Positions 1 through 9,939 are shown, counted from the first letter of the stretch. The stretch: DNA of 64,000 bases from Arcicella sp. (GCA_025354645.1 JANXML010000158.1:19316-83315); one strand, 5' to 3'. The notes: generated from the letters alone by a model not told the origin. Numbers and translations are program-made.

Positions 1-187
1 CCATAATAAAATCCTCTACGGCAAACACATCAGGGGCTAAAAAGGGGACATCCGATAACTTAGCGAGGGCTTGTTTGAAGTATAAAACCCCTCGTCGAGA
101 AGGCAACACAATGCATACTTTTGATAATTGTGCGTGGTTATGTTTTGAATAAATGTGTTCTGCTGAACGTTCAAGAAAAGTTTGCAT
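1..187 (-). CDS. PD-(D/E)XK nuclease family / AddB-like protein, N-terminal part only (runs off window start)
   Basis: Not in ORF track. Read by hand from ATG at 187: MQTFLERSAEHIYSKHNHAQLSKVCIVLPSRRGVLYFKQALAKLSDVPFLAPDVFAVEDFIM. The 'IVLPSRR...F.VEDF' pattern resembles the N-terminus of Bacteroidota AddB-like proteins. Starts 13 nt after the miaE stop. Confidence 0.65.
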   Translation of the reverse strand, partial: MQTFLERSAEHIYSKHNHAQLSKVCIVLPSRRGVLYFKQALAKLSDVPFLAPDVFAVEDFIM

Positions 188-199
188 ATTTTTAAATAA

Positions 200-817
200 T
201 CAATGAACTCTGTCGCCTCTAACTTCCAAATTTTTAAGTACATCCGCTTCCATTTCCAACCACTCTGCCCATCTTTTCTTAACGTACGTTGCGGATAGAT
301 ATTCTTTGGCAAGATCAATAAAATTCATGTAATGTCCAGCTTCTGAAATCATTAATTCATGATAAAATTCTCTAAGACTTACCTCTGATATTTCTTGGGA
401 TAAAATTCTAAATCGCTCACAACTTCTGGCTTCAATCATGGCATTCATAAAAAGTCTTTCGCCTAATTGTTCCTCTCGACTGCCTCCACGTTTCATTCCT
501 GCGTATAAATGATGGACATAATCATCTTTTCGAGGGTTGCCAAATTTAATTCCACGAGCATCCATTTCCTTCAAAACCATTCTAAAATGAGTCCATTCTT
601 CGGATACAACTGGCATCAAAACTTCTCGTAATTTTTCTTTTTCAGGAAATTGAATAATCAACGAAATACAGGAAGAAGCGGCTTTCTGTTCACAATAAGC
701 ATGATCAATTAGGATTTCGTCGATACTTTTTTCAGCCACGTTCGCCCATCGTGGATCAGTTGGGAGTTTTAAACCTAATATGGTTCTACTGGCGTTATGT
801 CTTTGTTCATTGTTCAT
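200..817 (-). CDS. miaE: tRNA-(ms2io6A37) hydroxylase, ferritin-like di-iron enzyme
   Basis: LKLPTDPRW, DHAYCEQKAA, EEWTHF, IEARSCERF, SEAGHY motifs. Confidence 0.93.
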   Translation of the reverse strand: MNNEQRHNASRTILGLKLPTDPRWANVAEKSIDEILIDHAYCEQKAASSCISLIIQFPEKEKLREVLMPVVSEEWTHFRMVLKEMDARGIKFGNPRKDDYVHHLYAGMKRGGSREEQLGERLFMNAMIEARSCERFRILSQEISEVSLREFYHELMISEAGHYMNFIDLAKEYLSATYVKKRWAEWLEMEADVLKNLEVRGDRVH

Positions 818-868
818 TCAAGAATCTTTTACCTAAATTTCGTAATAAAAATAGTGTATCTTCATATT

Positions 869-1570
869 ATGAAAAAAATACTTCTTTTCTTTTTACTCAT
901 TCTCCATTTTTCAGTTAAAGCACAAGATGCTGATTCTATATTCATTACACCAGCAAATCGTGCTGTTTTGATGCAACAATTGATCCGTTTACCTTGCAAA
1001 ATAGAACTGAAAGACAAGGTAAAAACTATCTGTGATAAAATTGAAAAATATTTAATTTCCTATAAAAATGACCCCAATTTTGCCGATGATAAATTTGCAA
1101 AAGTTGCCAATCTACAAGCCTTAAAATCAGTTAAAATGGGTGGATATGGAATTGGAGCCTTGATTTATGAAAACAAATCTCGAAAAATTCTTTATGCCGC
1201 TCATAATGCTCAAATGACAAAATTGAGGTCTGATTTACACGGAGAAATGGCTGTATTAAATGATTTTGAAGATAATCCCAAGAATAAAAAATATCGGAAT
1301 AAATACGTTTTTAAGGAAGGATTGACCATTTTCAGTTCGGCTGAACCGTGTCCAATGTGTTTTATAAGAATCGCCACGGTTGGAGCAAACACAAAATTTT
1401 GTACGGCTGGACCCGATGATGGTATGACTCAACGAGTACAGTGTTTACCGCCTTATTGGAGAGATTTAGCTTCAAAAATTTCTATTAAAAAAGCACAATC
1501 TTCGCCTATCATGCAAATGATTGCCCACGTTTTGTTTTATTCATATTTGCTTGATAATCGGCACATTTGA
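869..1570 (+). CDS. Zinc-dependent nucleoside/nucleobase deaminase (CDA/TadA fold) with N-terminal signal peptide
   Basis: HGEMAV (HxE) and SAEPCPMC (PCxxC). Likely start at ATG 869 (MKKILLFFLLILHFSVKAQ), not 797, which overlaps miaE. Confidence 0.8.
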   Translation: MKKILLFFLLILHFSVKAQDADSIFITPANRAVLMQQLIRLPCKIELKDKVKTICDKIEKYLISYKNDPNFADDKFAKVANLQALKSVKMGGYGIGALIYENKSRKILYAAHNAQMTKLRSDLHGEMAVLNDFEDNPKNKKYRNKYVFKEGLTIFSSAEPCPMCFIRIATVGANTKFCTAGPDDGMTQRVQCLPPYWRDLASKISIKKAQSSPIMQMIAHVLFYSYLLDNRHI

Positions 1571-1652
1571 AGTTAATAAAAAGTTAAAAATTTACTTCAA
1601 TTCATTATTTTAAGTATTTTTCTATGTAACCTATCCTCCCCATATGGTTGCT

Positions 1653-3866
1653 CTAATCAAACAACAACCAATGAACCCCAAATGCCAAAACCCTTCCCAT
1701 TCCTGAAAAACCTGGAGAAGCATAATAACCTCCATTAAATAATCCTTGATTAACATGAGCAAATTTTACAAATATTCTCACTCGATTGATGCGTAAATCT
1801 GCAAAAACATCTGCTTGAACGTAGCCTTCTATGTTCTGTTTATCCTGTAAATGAAATTGTTGAATCGCAGGCATGTATCCATCGGCGTAAAAACTTGATT
1901 TATAATGTAATTCTACGCCTGTTTGAATGTATAGTTTTTTCTTGTAAAGTAAATCAAAGGCAAGTCTGGAATTAACGAAAATCTTTGGGAAACGGATTAA
2001 ATCTGGTCCTGTACTTTCAGTATAAAAAATTTGATTGGTTGTTGAAAATTTTCCTCTTCGATAGTCGAACCCCAAACCCATTCTTAAAATACCAATGGCT
2101 GATGCTTTATTTTGACGCACAAAGGCAAGCGTATCAAAATAAATATAATTGGTAATAACATTAAAATCTACGCTTGGATGAAAAATCAACCCGCCAAATT
2201 TCACACTGCCATATCCATAAATATTATTTGTTTGAACCTTATCATTCACGCCTCTTGACCGTGAATAATTTAAAAAAGTAGAATAATCCTCCCATCTTAA
2301 CCCATTATTGAAATTGGCTCTCTGAATCAATGTTGGCGATGAGGATTGACTTTTATAACCTATATTTAACCATTTACCTTGATATTCAAATTTGAATTGA
2401 TAATCATTTCCTATAAAGTATTCTGCCTCCGCAAATGCTCTGGTACTATCTCGAAAATATTGGTTCAACCAAATTCCAACCATGTTTTCTGTACTTCCGT
2501 ACACTTTTGCAGTATCACTGGTATATTTATACAACTGCGTCTCCGAAGGAGAAGTAATTGGAATATCCTTATATTTTAATACAGGAATATTTTGGTAACT
2601 ATTGAATGGATTTTGATACGTGTAAAAACGTTGTCTGATATGTAAACGATAATTAAAACCTTTATAGAATCCTTTAACGCCTGATTTATGCTCAAAAAGT
2701 GTATAACGAGTTTCATTATTTATTGAATCATTTTGTGGACTAATATAATAGTAATTCGGATCAAATTTGGTTGCTTGGGAGAGTTCATCACCAACTCGGC
2801 TGTAAATCGGATAATGTCTAAAACTTAAATTTTTATACTCTTTTGGATAAAATCCATTTGTTAAACCAGAGGCAAAACTGTTATCTTTGAATTGCACCTT
2901 ACGAGTCTGAAAATCAAAGACTTGATATAATTGAAACGCCTTATATCCAGCATATTCATGATAAACGTGAAGGTTATATGATTTGTCTCGGGTGGAAGCA
3001 TTGGTCAAAAGAGGACGATTACCCGTGAAAGATAACATCTCTTGTAAAGTTCTCGTTTTTTGTACTTCTACCCCATTTTGAGTTACGGCATAATTCTCTT
3101 GCACAACCCCACCTTGATCATTCGAATTGTGATCTGAAAGATTAAAATAAGCTAAAACAGAATACTTTTTATTTTTCGTTTGATAATTTGAATGAATCAT
3201 GAAATCCCAATGATTGATGGCTGCATTATCAGCAATTGCCGACTTATCAATCAATTGTTTGTTTGCAGTTATTCGTTGAACGTTGATGCCAACATTCCAA
3301 AGTGAATCAATATTTCTACTTAATTCAAATTGCAATAAATCCTGATCGTTGCCTCCTGGTACGTAAATAATATTTGAAAAAGGAGATTTTGTGTTGAAAT
3401 AACGAACCTGAGAGGGTTTGAATGAATATAGTGAAAAGGCATCATAGCCCAACATTGTTCCAATTTGTTCGGGTGCTTTATAAAAAACAGGATGGATTGC
3501 TGTTCCAATATTCCCTAAATCCTGATAAAGGTTTTTATACCGTTGCACAAAATTATAATTATGCACACCGTCGATAGTTGTGTCTATATTATAAAGTCTT
3601 TTACGATTATTAAAAACATCTTCTTCCAAAAAATATTTGGTTGAAGTGGGTCCATAAATCACTTTCGTGGAATCATCAAGACCAATTCTACCATCAGAAT
3701 TTTGCTTACTTTTATCTTTGGGTGTGGGTTGCGGAAAACCTTGTTGCTGATTTCCCGTCGGAAAACCGCTGCCACCTTGTTGAGGAAGATTCGTAGGAAA
3801 TTGGGCTTTCAATGAGCCTGAAAACAAAAGTCCAATCGTGGTAAGGATATATATACTTAATTTCAC
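1653..3866 (-). CDS. Bacteroidota 'putative porin' outer-membrane beta-barrel
   Basis: Signal peptide, QDLGNIGTA motif, alternating beta-strand pattern, C-terminal FGVHWLLFD; downstream of lpxK. GTG start. Confidence 0.8.
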   Translation of the reverse strand: MKLSIYILTTIGLLFSGSLKAQFPTNLPQQGGSGFPTGNQQQGFPQPTPKDKSKQNSDGRIGLDDSTKVIYGPTSTKYFLEEDVFNNRKRLYNIDTTIDGVHNYNFVQRYKNLYQDLGNIGTAIHPVFYKAPEQIGTMLGYDAFSLYSFKPSQVRYFNTKSPFSNIIYVPGGNDQDLLQFELSRNIDSLWNVGINVQRITANKQLIDKSAIADNAAINHWDFMIHSNYQTKNKKYSVLAYFNLSDHNSNDQGGVVQENYAVTQNGVEVQKTRTLQEMLSFTGNRPLLTNASTRDKSYNLHVYHEYAGYKAFQLYQVFDFQTRKVQFKDNSFASGLTNGFYPKEYKNLSFRHYPIYSRVGDELSQATKFDPNYYYISPQNDSINNETRYTLFEHKSGVKGFYKGFNYRLHIRQRFYTYQNPFNSYQNIPVLKYKDIPITSPSETQLYKYTSDTAKVYGSTENMVGIWLNQYFRDSTRAFAEAEYFIGNDYQFKFEYQGKWLNIGYKSQSSSPTLIQRANFNNGLRWEDYSTFLNYSRSRGVNDKVQTNNIYGYGSVKFGGLIFHPSVDFNVITNYIYFDTLAFVRQNKASAIGILRMGLGFDYRRGKFSTTNQIFYTESTGPDLIRFPKIFVNSRLAFDLLYKKKLYIQTGVELHYKSSFYADGYMPAIQQFHLQDKQNIEGYVQADVFADLRINRVRIFVKFAHVNQGLFNGGYYASPGFSGMGRVLAFGVHWLLFD

Positions 3867-3870
3867 GCAA

Positions 3871-3878
3871 CAAATTTA
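3871..3878 (-). promoter_or_regulatory. Possible Bacteroidota -7 promoter element directly before the porin GTG (possibly leaderless mRNA)
   Basis: TAAATTTG on the minus strand, 4 nt before the GTG. No matching -33 TTTG seen. Confidence 0.4.
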
Positions 3879-3900
3879 GGTAAAAAGAGGTACTTAATAA

Positions 3901-3928
3901 TGAATTCTGAATGTTGAATTATGAATTA
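3901..3928. repeat. Heptamer tandem array (TGAATTN x4)
   Basis: TGAATTC TGAATGT TGAATTA TGAATTA between lpxK and the porin gene. Confidence 0.7.
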
Positions 3929-3951
3929 CTACGCCTTCGAGTGCCTCTGTT

Positions 3952-5001
3952 TTAATTATGAAGGGTATTCTTGTTTATGTTTGAGAGAACCAACTTGTCA
4001 AAGTTTGCCTTCATTTCTTCATTTAAAAATTTAATTTCAATTGGCAAATAATATAATTCGATTCCTATTAATAAATCATTATTCAAAAATGGAATAAATT
4101 TTACCATATCTTTTTCAGTCATCAAAATAACCGTTCCAGGTTTAATATTTTGATTTTTAATTTTTGCAATATCATTTTCAGTAAAATCATGATGATCTCT
4201 GAATATCAGGTGGTTAACTACCTCAAACTGAGTATTTGCATACATTTCAAATTGTTTAGGATTTGCAATACCTGATAATAAAATTGCCTTTTTAAAATCA
4301 TTATTTCCTAATTCTGAACGACAATTTTGAGGTTTTCCGTACATTATCTTTGTAAAAATTAAAAACGTATTTTCAGTTAAATATGGACGAATTTTTTTTT
4401 CAATTTCACCTTGCATTTTATCAGACAAATTCTCGGGACATTTCGTAATTATTATTGCATCCGCTCTTTTTGCCCCATGTCTTCGCTCACGTAAACGCCC
4501 CGCAGGAAAAGTAAAGTCTTCATAAATTGGTCTGGAATAATCTATTAGTAGCAAATTTAAAGAAGGTTTTATGGCTCGATGTTGAAAGGCATCATCAAGA
4601 ATAATTATGTCATTGTTGAATTTTTGTTTTATTATTTCACGAACCGCTTCAACTCTATTTTCACCTACTGCAATGTCAATTATATCATTGAATTTTTGAA
4701 AATATTGGTAAGGTTCATCGCCAATAGTTTGAGCATTTGCATCGGAATCAGCTATGATAAATCCTTTGGTTTTTCTTCCATAACCTCTACTTAATGTCGT
4801 GAGGCTATATTTATCATTCAATAATCGAATCAGATATTCAACATGAGGGGTTTTTCCAGTGCCGCCAACCGTCAAATTTCCAACATTTATTATCGGAAAA
4901 TCAAAACGATATTCTTTCCAAAAACCTTTATCATATAAGTAATTACGAACATCAGTAACGATTCCATATAAAATTGAAAAAGGTAAAAGAAAATATTTCA
5001 T
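3952..5001 (-). CDS. lpxK: Tetraacyldisaccharide 4'-kinase
   Basis: VGNLTVGGTGKTP, LSRGYGR, GDEP, LDDAFQH, PAGRLRE, MTEKD. Confidence 0.97.
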   Translation of the reverse strand: MKYFLLPFSILYGIVTDVRNYLYDKGFWKEYRFDFPIINVGNLTVGGTGKTPHVEYLIRLLNDKYSLTTLSRGYGRKTKGFIIADSDANAQTIGDEPYQYFQKFNDIIDIAVGENRVEAVREIIKQKFNNDIIILDDAFQHRAIKPSLNLLLIDYSRPIYEDFTFPAGRLRERRHGAKRADAIIITKCPENLSDKMQGEIEKKIRPYLTENTFLIFTKIMYGKPQNCRSELGNNDFKKAILLSGIANPKQFEMYANTQFEVVNHLIFRDHHDFTENDIAKIKNQNIKPGTVILMTEKDMVKFIPFLNNDLLIGIELYYLPIEIKFLNEEMKANFDKLVLSNINKNTLHN

Positions 5002-5032
5002 TAAGTTTTAAAATTGATAATTATATTCAAAT

Positions 5033-5067
5033 ACTGTTTACTGATAACTGTTCACTGATAACTGATC
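5033..5067. repeat. Heptamer tandem array (ACTGWTN x5)
   Basis: ACTGTTT ACTGATA ACTGTTC ACTGATA ACTGATC. Same unit family as the array inside mutS at 37378-37412. Confidence 0.8.
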
Positions 5068-5305
5068 AACTACCGTTTAATAAAAAAATATGAATTACGT
5101 TACAAAATTCAGAAAGAGTTGCGACTTTTTAGTATATTCACACCCCTTTTAAGAAACTTTAACGCCCTTACTTTCAGTAAAAGTTTCCTCCCAATTGCCT
5201 AACGCACATAAAATCAGACGATTAATTATTTATTTTAGCTATTATTAATAAAATCATAACCTTGATTTTATATCCCAATACCCCTAACCAAATAGGATTT
5301 TTAAA

Positions 5306-6400
5306 ATGAGTCTCAAAGCTGTCTTTACAAAACATACACTGGATTTTAAATTCGAGGCAGGAACGTCTCGGGGCGTACTCACGCATAAAGATAGTTACTT
5401 TGTTAAGATTTTTGACCACGAAAACCCTTCTGTCTTTGGTTTAGGAGAATGTTCCCCTTTAAAAGGATTAAGTATTGACGATCGTCCTGATTTTGATTTG
5501 CAATTACTAAGTATTTGCGAAAATTTTAATACACTCGATTTAGAAGTTTATCCTTGGAATTTGAATATAATCCTTGACCAAGTACTTGACAAAACTTTCC
5601 CATCCATCGTTTTTGCCTTCGAAACTGCCATGCTTGATTTAATGAATGGGGGTAAAAGAGTCGTTTTCAACAATGCTTTTGCCAAAGCCGAACGAACAAT
5701 TAATATCAATGGTTTGGTGTGGATGGGTAATCGAGATTTTATGCTGAAACAAATTGATGAGAAATTAGAATCTGGATATGATACGATAAAAATGAAGGTT
5801 GGGGCAATAGATTTCAAAAAAGAATGTGAAATTTTAGCTTACATCCGTGACCGCTATGATGAAAGTAAAATTACGCTCAGAGTGGATGCCAATGGTGCAT
5901 TTTCAATTCATGAGGTCTTATCTAAACTTCAAAAATTAGCTGAATTCAAACTTCATTCTATCGAACAACCCATCAAACAAGGTAATGAAGATTTGATGGC
6001 AGAACTTTGTCAGAATACACCCGTACCAATTGCTTTGGATGAAGAATTGATTGGTGTTCGTGAATATACCGATAAATATAAATTATTGAAGAAAATCATG
6101 CCTCAATATATCATTTTGAAACCTACGCTTGTTGGTGGTTTTCAGCAATGTAGAGAATGGATTGAGAATGCTAACCGCTTGAAAATTGGTTGGTGGATGA
6201 CATCCGCTTTGGAATCGAACGTTGGATTAAATGCGATTACTCAATTTACTGCCGAATTTAATAATATCATGCCCCAAGGACTTGGAACTGGACAATTATA
6301 CCACAACAATATCCCATCTCCGCTTGAAATTAGAAATGGGAAAATCTTTCACAATGCTCAAAATCCTTGGAATTTAGGAGTTTTGGAATTTTTGGTTTGA
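5306..6400 (+). CDS. menC: o-succinylbenzoate synthase (enolase superfamily)
   Basis: FEAGTSRG, KMKVG, RVDANG, SIEQP, ALDEEL, ILKP, TSALESNVGL. Confidence 0.9.
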   Translation: MSLKAVFTKHTLDFKFEAGTSRGVLTHKDSYFVKIFDHENPSVFGLGECSPLKGLSIDDRPDFDLQLLSICENFNTLDLEVYPWNLNIILDQVLDKTFPSIVFAFETAMLDLMNGGKRVVFNNAFAKAERTININGLVWMGNRDFMLKQIDEKLESGYDTIKMKVGAIDFKKECEILAYIRDRYDESKITLRVDANGAFSIHEVLSKLQKLAEFKLHSIEQPIKQGNEDLMAELCQNTPVPIALDEELIGVREYTDKYKLLKKIMPQYIILKPTLVGGFQQCREWIENANRLKIGWWMTSALESNVGLNAITQFTAEFNNIMPQGLGTGQLYHNNIPSPLEIRNGKIFHNAQNPWNLGVLEFLV

Positions 6401-6569
6401 GTTTTTTTTGTTGTATCACAAGATTGCATGCCTTCTAATCTGAATCCAAATACGTGAATCAATTCTATATTACTTTAAAAATTCACAAAATAAAAACCCC
6501 TCAAATCTTTGTCTTTAAGTCAGTAGTTTGCAAATTTGCAAAAACAAACCATCGAAAAATCAAATTTCA

Positions 6570-6986
6570 ATGAATATTCAAGCACTTGACAAAGACCTTA
6601 TTTCTTTATTTGAAAAAAGAGTAGCATTAAGCCAAATGGGCTATGATCATCGTGATTATGATGATGTAGAAGAAGTACTACACGATTTAGAAGATGATTT
6701 CAATGAGAAATATGGCAGTTATTTAGAAGGCGTTCTTTCAGATATACATAAAGAATATTGTCCAGAATCTGACGTTTTATTACCAACTGCCTACTTGGCA
6801 AAATCTTTCAAAGAAACTGCCGACGGTGGAATTGAAGTAGGAAAAGATGCAGGAGTTTTAGTTGAATTGGAAGCCGACCCAGATGCAAAAGCAAAATTGA
6901 TTCTATTACCAACGCCAACTCGTATTGTTTTGCAGGTTGGGAAAAAGAAAAATATTGTTTGGGAAGCCGAAGAAATTGATTTTTAA
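6570..6986 (+). CDS. Acidic hypothetical protein
   Basis: Clean ORF with likely start at ATG 6570 (MNIQALDK); no recognisable family. Confidence 0.7.
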   Translation: MNIQALDKDLISLFEKRVALSQMGYDHRDYDDVEEVLHDLEDDFNEKYGSYLEGVLSDIHKEYCPESDVLLPTAYLAKSFKETADGGIEVGKDAGVLVELEADPDAKAKLILLPTPTRIVLQVGKKKNIVWEAEEIDF

Positions 6987-7158
6987 GAAGTTATCAAATA
7001 ATCAATTTTAAATGCCTCGAACAGACGAATTTTTTTTAAATTATTTGTTTGTTCGTGGCATTATTATATAAAAAAACTTCTGTCGAAATGATCAACAGAA
7101 GTCTGAAACATTAACCATTTTATTTATTATTGATTATTTCAAATGTGTAAATGATATT

Positions 7159-8748
7159 TTATTGAACACCATCGCTTTGCCCTCTAAGAATTGCTTTATC
7201 TCCCAGCATTTTTCCAATTTTCAAGCCTCCTTCGCAATCCATTTTGTAATGAATACCTCCGTATAATCTCGATTTAGAAGCCTCGTCAGCTTGTGCTTGA
7301 AAAGTAGTTGCACCATCTGGAAACAAATAACTTAGAACCGTTGAAGCAGCCGCTGAAAACGTTGAATGTCCCGAAGTATATGAGGGGAAATTTGGTAATC
7401 CTGTTAAGGTTTTAATGCTATTATCAATTTGTGAAGGGCGTGGACAATAATAGAAACTCTTTGTGTACCAACAACTTACGGAAGCATCCATCATGGCGGT
7501 ATTTAAAAGTGCTAAGTTACGAGCCATTCTGACCTCCGATTGTTTTGCCGCAACAATATACTTTTCTGCGATTTGATTCCAATGTCCAGGTGGTGTTTGA
7601 GTACCTGCACCATCAGCCCAATAATGTACAATAGCAATGCGTTCACGAGTTGGATTATCAGTGTAGCTTTTTACTTCCGCCACTTGAGCTTTAAACCCTT
7701 CAGAATTAGTTGAAAGTGGAGGAACGGACGTGCTTATATCAGTTAAATTCTTTTTATCCATATTCCACGTCATTACGTTTCCGAACAAAGCTAACATAGG
7801 AGGACGGGGAGATGTTTCCATTGATTTCCAAGCAATTTCTCCTCTTTCTTCACAACGTTTTGTAAGACTATCCCACTTGGATTGAGCACCAACAGCATTT
7901 GCCATTCCATCGGTTCTAAATCGAGCAAAAACCTTTGCAAAAACTGCTTTACCTAATTTTTCGCCTGCCTCAATATCAGAACGAGTTGAAACTCCAGCCC
8001 ATAATTTAAACCATTTTTGTTCTTCTTTCTTTTTATACAAAAATAAAGTATCGGCTGACTGTGGAAATAATCTTTTCAAGAACTCATAACTAACTGCCGC
8101 CATCACTGCGTCTTCGGAAGGAAAAGAATTTAGTTTCGGAGCCGCCAAAATTACAGGAACAATATTCACATCAACCGCATTTGGCGATTTACGAGCATAT
8201 TTTGCTTTTAATGCCATTGCGATAACGAGTGCATCGTACTGAGCCACAGACACGTATGAGTAAGCACGAGCCGCATAAGGAGGATTTGAAAAAGGGAAAG
8301 CCGTTCCAGTTCCATTCAAATTATTTGGGTCTGCTGAACTTGGAATCGGATAAAACCCTTGTTCATTCTCGGCGGGTGGCAAATTATTCTTCGCCACTAA
8401 TTCACGCATGATTTGATTCCAACGTAAAACACCGCCACCACTCCAATAACGAATAGCATCACGGCGAGCATCATCTATTTTACTAACTTCGGTTTTAACC
8501 TCTTCAATTTCTTGCTTGTATTTGTCCGAAGTTACTGCATCTGGTGTTGTCACAACGGATGCATAATCTGCAAGGGTTGTTGCTGTGTAAGTCTTCCAAC
8601 TTCCTGCGTTTGCGTCAAGGTTGGTTGGTGAAAGAGCTGGCAGTTCCGTTCCGTCACGATCAAGATATTTCTCACAAGAAGACATCACAGCTACTAAAAG
8701 CATTGCTGACAGCGTTAATTTTATATTTTCAGTAATTATCATTTTCAT
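7159..8748 (-). CDS. Vanadium-dependent haloperoxidase / PAP2-superfamily lipoprotein
   Basis: Lipobox VMSSC; C-terminal K-x6-RP (KSFYYCPRP), PSYTSGHS and SRLYGGIHY motifs. Start likely at 8748 or 8742. Confidence 0.85.
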   Translation of the reverse strand: MKMIITENIKLTLSAMLLVAVMSSCEKYLDRDGTELPALSPTNLDANAGSWKTYTATTLADYASVVTTPDAVTSDKYKQEIEEVKTEVSKIDDARRDAIRYWSGGGVLRWNQIMRELVAKNNLPPAENEQGFYPIPSSADPNNLNGTGTAFPFSNPPYAARAYSYVSVAQYDALVIAMALKAKYARKSPNAVDVNIVPVILAAPKLNSFPSEDAVMAAVSYEFLKRLFPQSADTLFLYKKKEEQKWFKLWAGVSTRSDIEAGEKLGKAVFAKVFARFRTDGMANAVGAQSKWDSLTKRCEERGEIAWKSMETSPRPPMLALFGNVMTWNMDKKNLTDISTSVPPLSTNSEGFKAQVAEVKSYTDNPTRERIAIVHYWADGAGTQTPPGHWNQIAEKYIVAAKQSEVRMARNLALLNTAMMDASVSCWYTKSFYYCPRPSQIDNSIKTLTGLPNFPSYTSGHSTFSAAASTVLSYLFPDGATTFQAQADEASKSRLYGGIHYKMDCEGGLKIGKMLGDKAILRGQSDGVQ

Positions 8749-8865
8749 TTTATCTTTTAAAAAATTTAGGATTTTAAATTTCAATTCAAAATCATTAAGT
8801 TTCGTAATTTATTTTATGCCTGAAATTTGGGCATTGAAAGTTGCAGATTTAAAATTTAACAATTT

Positions 8866-9864
8866 TTATTTATGCTCCTCTTTTTTCACTTCCATTCCCC
8901 CACTTTTATGATTCATATCTCCTGGACGGCAAATTGGACCGCTTGGTATTCCAGCCGTTTTATTCTTACGAAAATCGATATACTTTGAGATTCCGATTGA
9001 ATACGTTGTTGACTCTCCCACATTACGCCCCGACAAAATCTTTCCGCCTGTAACCATAATTTGCAAATCTTTCAAAACTGGAACACGGTAGGCAGCAATA
9101 AATCCGACTTTATTATAATCAAATTTATCACAAAGTCCAGGCATATCATTCCGACGAATATCAAGTGTTCCCTGAGTGATTTGTTGGTCATAAGTGGCTT
9201 CTAATTGCCATCTATATGAATAATGACCAAACTTTCCACCAAAGTTTACGATGTCTGGCATTATCATTTCGCTTGTGAAATAGCCTTTACCTGCATAATA
9301 CATTTCACGGTCGGCTTTCATATTTGAACGAGCCGTGTAGGTTCCATGAACGGTTAAAGCCAAATTTGCAGGTAAAGTATAATATAAAATTCCTCTCGCA
9401 AAACCCGTCTTAGATTGCATTCCAATCGCAAAAGGAAGATAATCAGCCACGTAGTTATTGGTTGGAATTGAACCACCAATTGAACCAATTACTGAAAGAT
9501 TGTGTGCCTGAATTAAACGATATTTAACTGACATCGTCAAATCTTGAACCCCACTCATTCCCTGAGAAGTACCAGCTGAGGCTTTCGTAGAGATGTATGG
9601 CAGTGAGAACATCAAATTGAATCGGTCAGAGATTCCGTAGTTTCCCATTAAAACTACTGATTGGATTGTGAGCGTTCCAAGATTTTTATTTTCTCTGTAT
9701 AATGCACCTTCCCAGTATTTATTCCAAGAATCATTCATGTAAGTGATTCCTCCACAAAGGTTACCTTTCGCCATAAAAATCCCATCATTCATCATTTGGG
9801 CATTAGCTAAAAAAGTGGTGAAAGTAAGAAGAGTCCAAAGACTAAATTTTGTAAATGTTTTCAT
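8866..9864 (-). CDS. Uncharacterised outer-membrane beta-barrel / transporter-like protein
   Basis: Signal peptide ending in ANAQ, amphipathic strands, YSIGISKYIDF followed by a Cys/Met/His-containing tail. Confidence 0.65.
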   Translation of the reverse strand: MKTFTKFSLWTLLTFTTFLANAQMMNDGIFMAKGNLCGGITYMNDSWNKYWEGALYRENKNLGTLTIQSVVLMGNYGISDRFNLMFSLPYISTKASAGTSQGMSGVQDLTMSVKYRLIQAHNLSVIGSIGGSIPTNNYVADYLPFAIGMQSKTGFARGILYYTLPANLALTVHGTYTARSNMKADREMYYAGKGYFTSEMIMPDIVNFGGKFGHYSYRWQLEATYDQQITQGTLDIRRNDMPGLCDKFDYNKVGFIAAYRVPVLKDLQIMVTGGKILSGRNVGESTTYSIGISKYIDFRKNKTAGIPSGPICRPGDMNHKSGGMEVKKEEHK

Positions 9865-9903
9865 GTTTATCTTAATAATGTATGTGATTCGATTTTAAAA
9901 AGA

Positions 9904-9938
9904 ACTCATAACTAACAATCAGTTACGAATAACTAATC
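9904..9938. repeat. Degenerate heptamer array
   Basis: ACTCATA ACTAACA ATCAGTT ACGAATA ACTAATC between the two barrel genes. Confidence 0.4.
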
Positions 9939-9939
9939 T

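Noticed and set aside
797-868. N-terminal extensions given by the ORF track (also at 6528, 8784, 11090, 13939, 40408, 63104)
   Set aside because: They overlap neighbouring genes, operators or hairpins; downstream ATGs give proper signal peptides or domain starts.
5068-5305. Riboswitch or leader RNA upstream of menC/lpxK, and the 65-aa ORF 5222-5419
   Set aside because: Only weak AT-rich stems, with no recognisable aptamer consensus; the ORF overlaps menC antisense.
6527-6542. Palindrome TTTGCAAATTTGCAAA resembling the DeoR-associated motif
   Set aside because: The spacing differs (no 2-nt centre), and TTTGCA is part of the common Bacteroidota promoter tail, so coincidence is likely.
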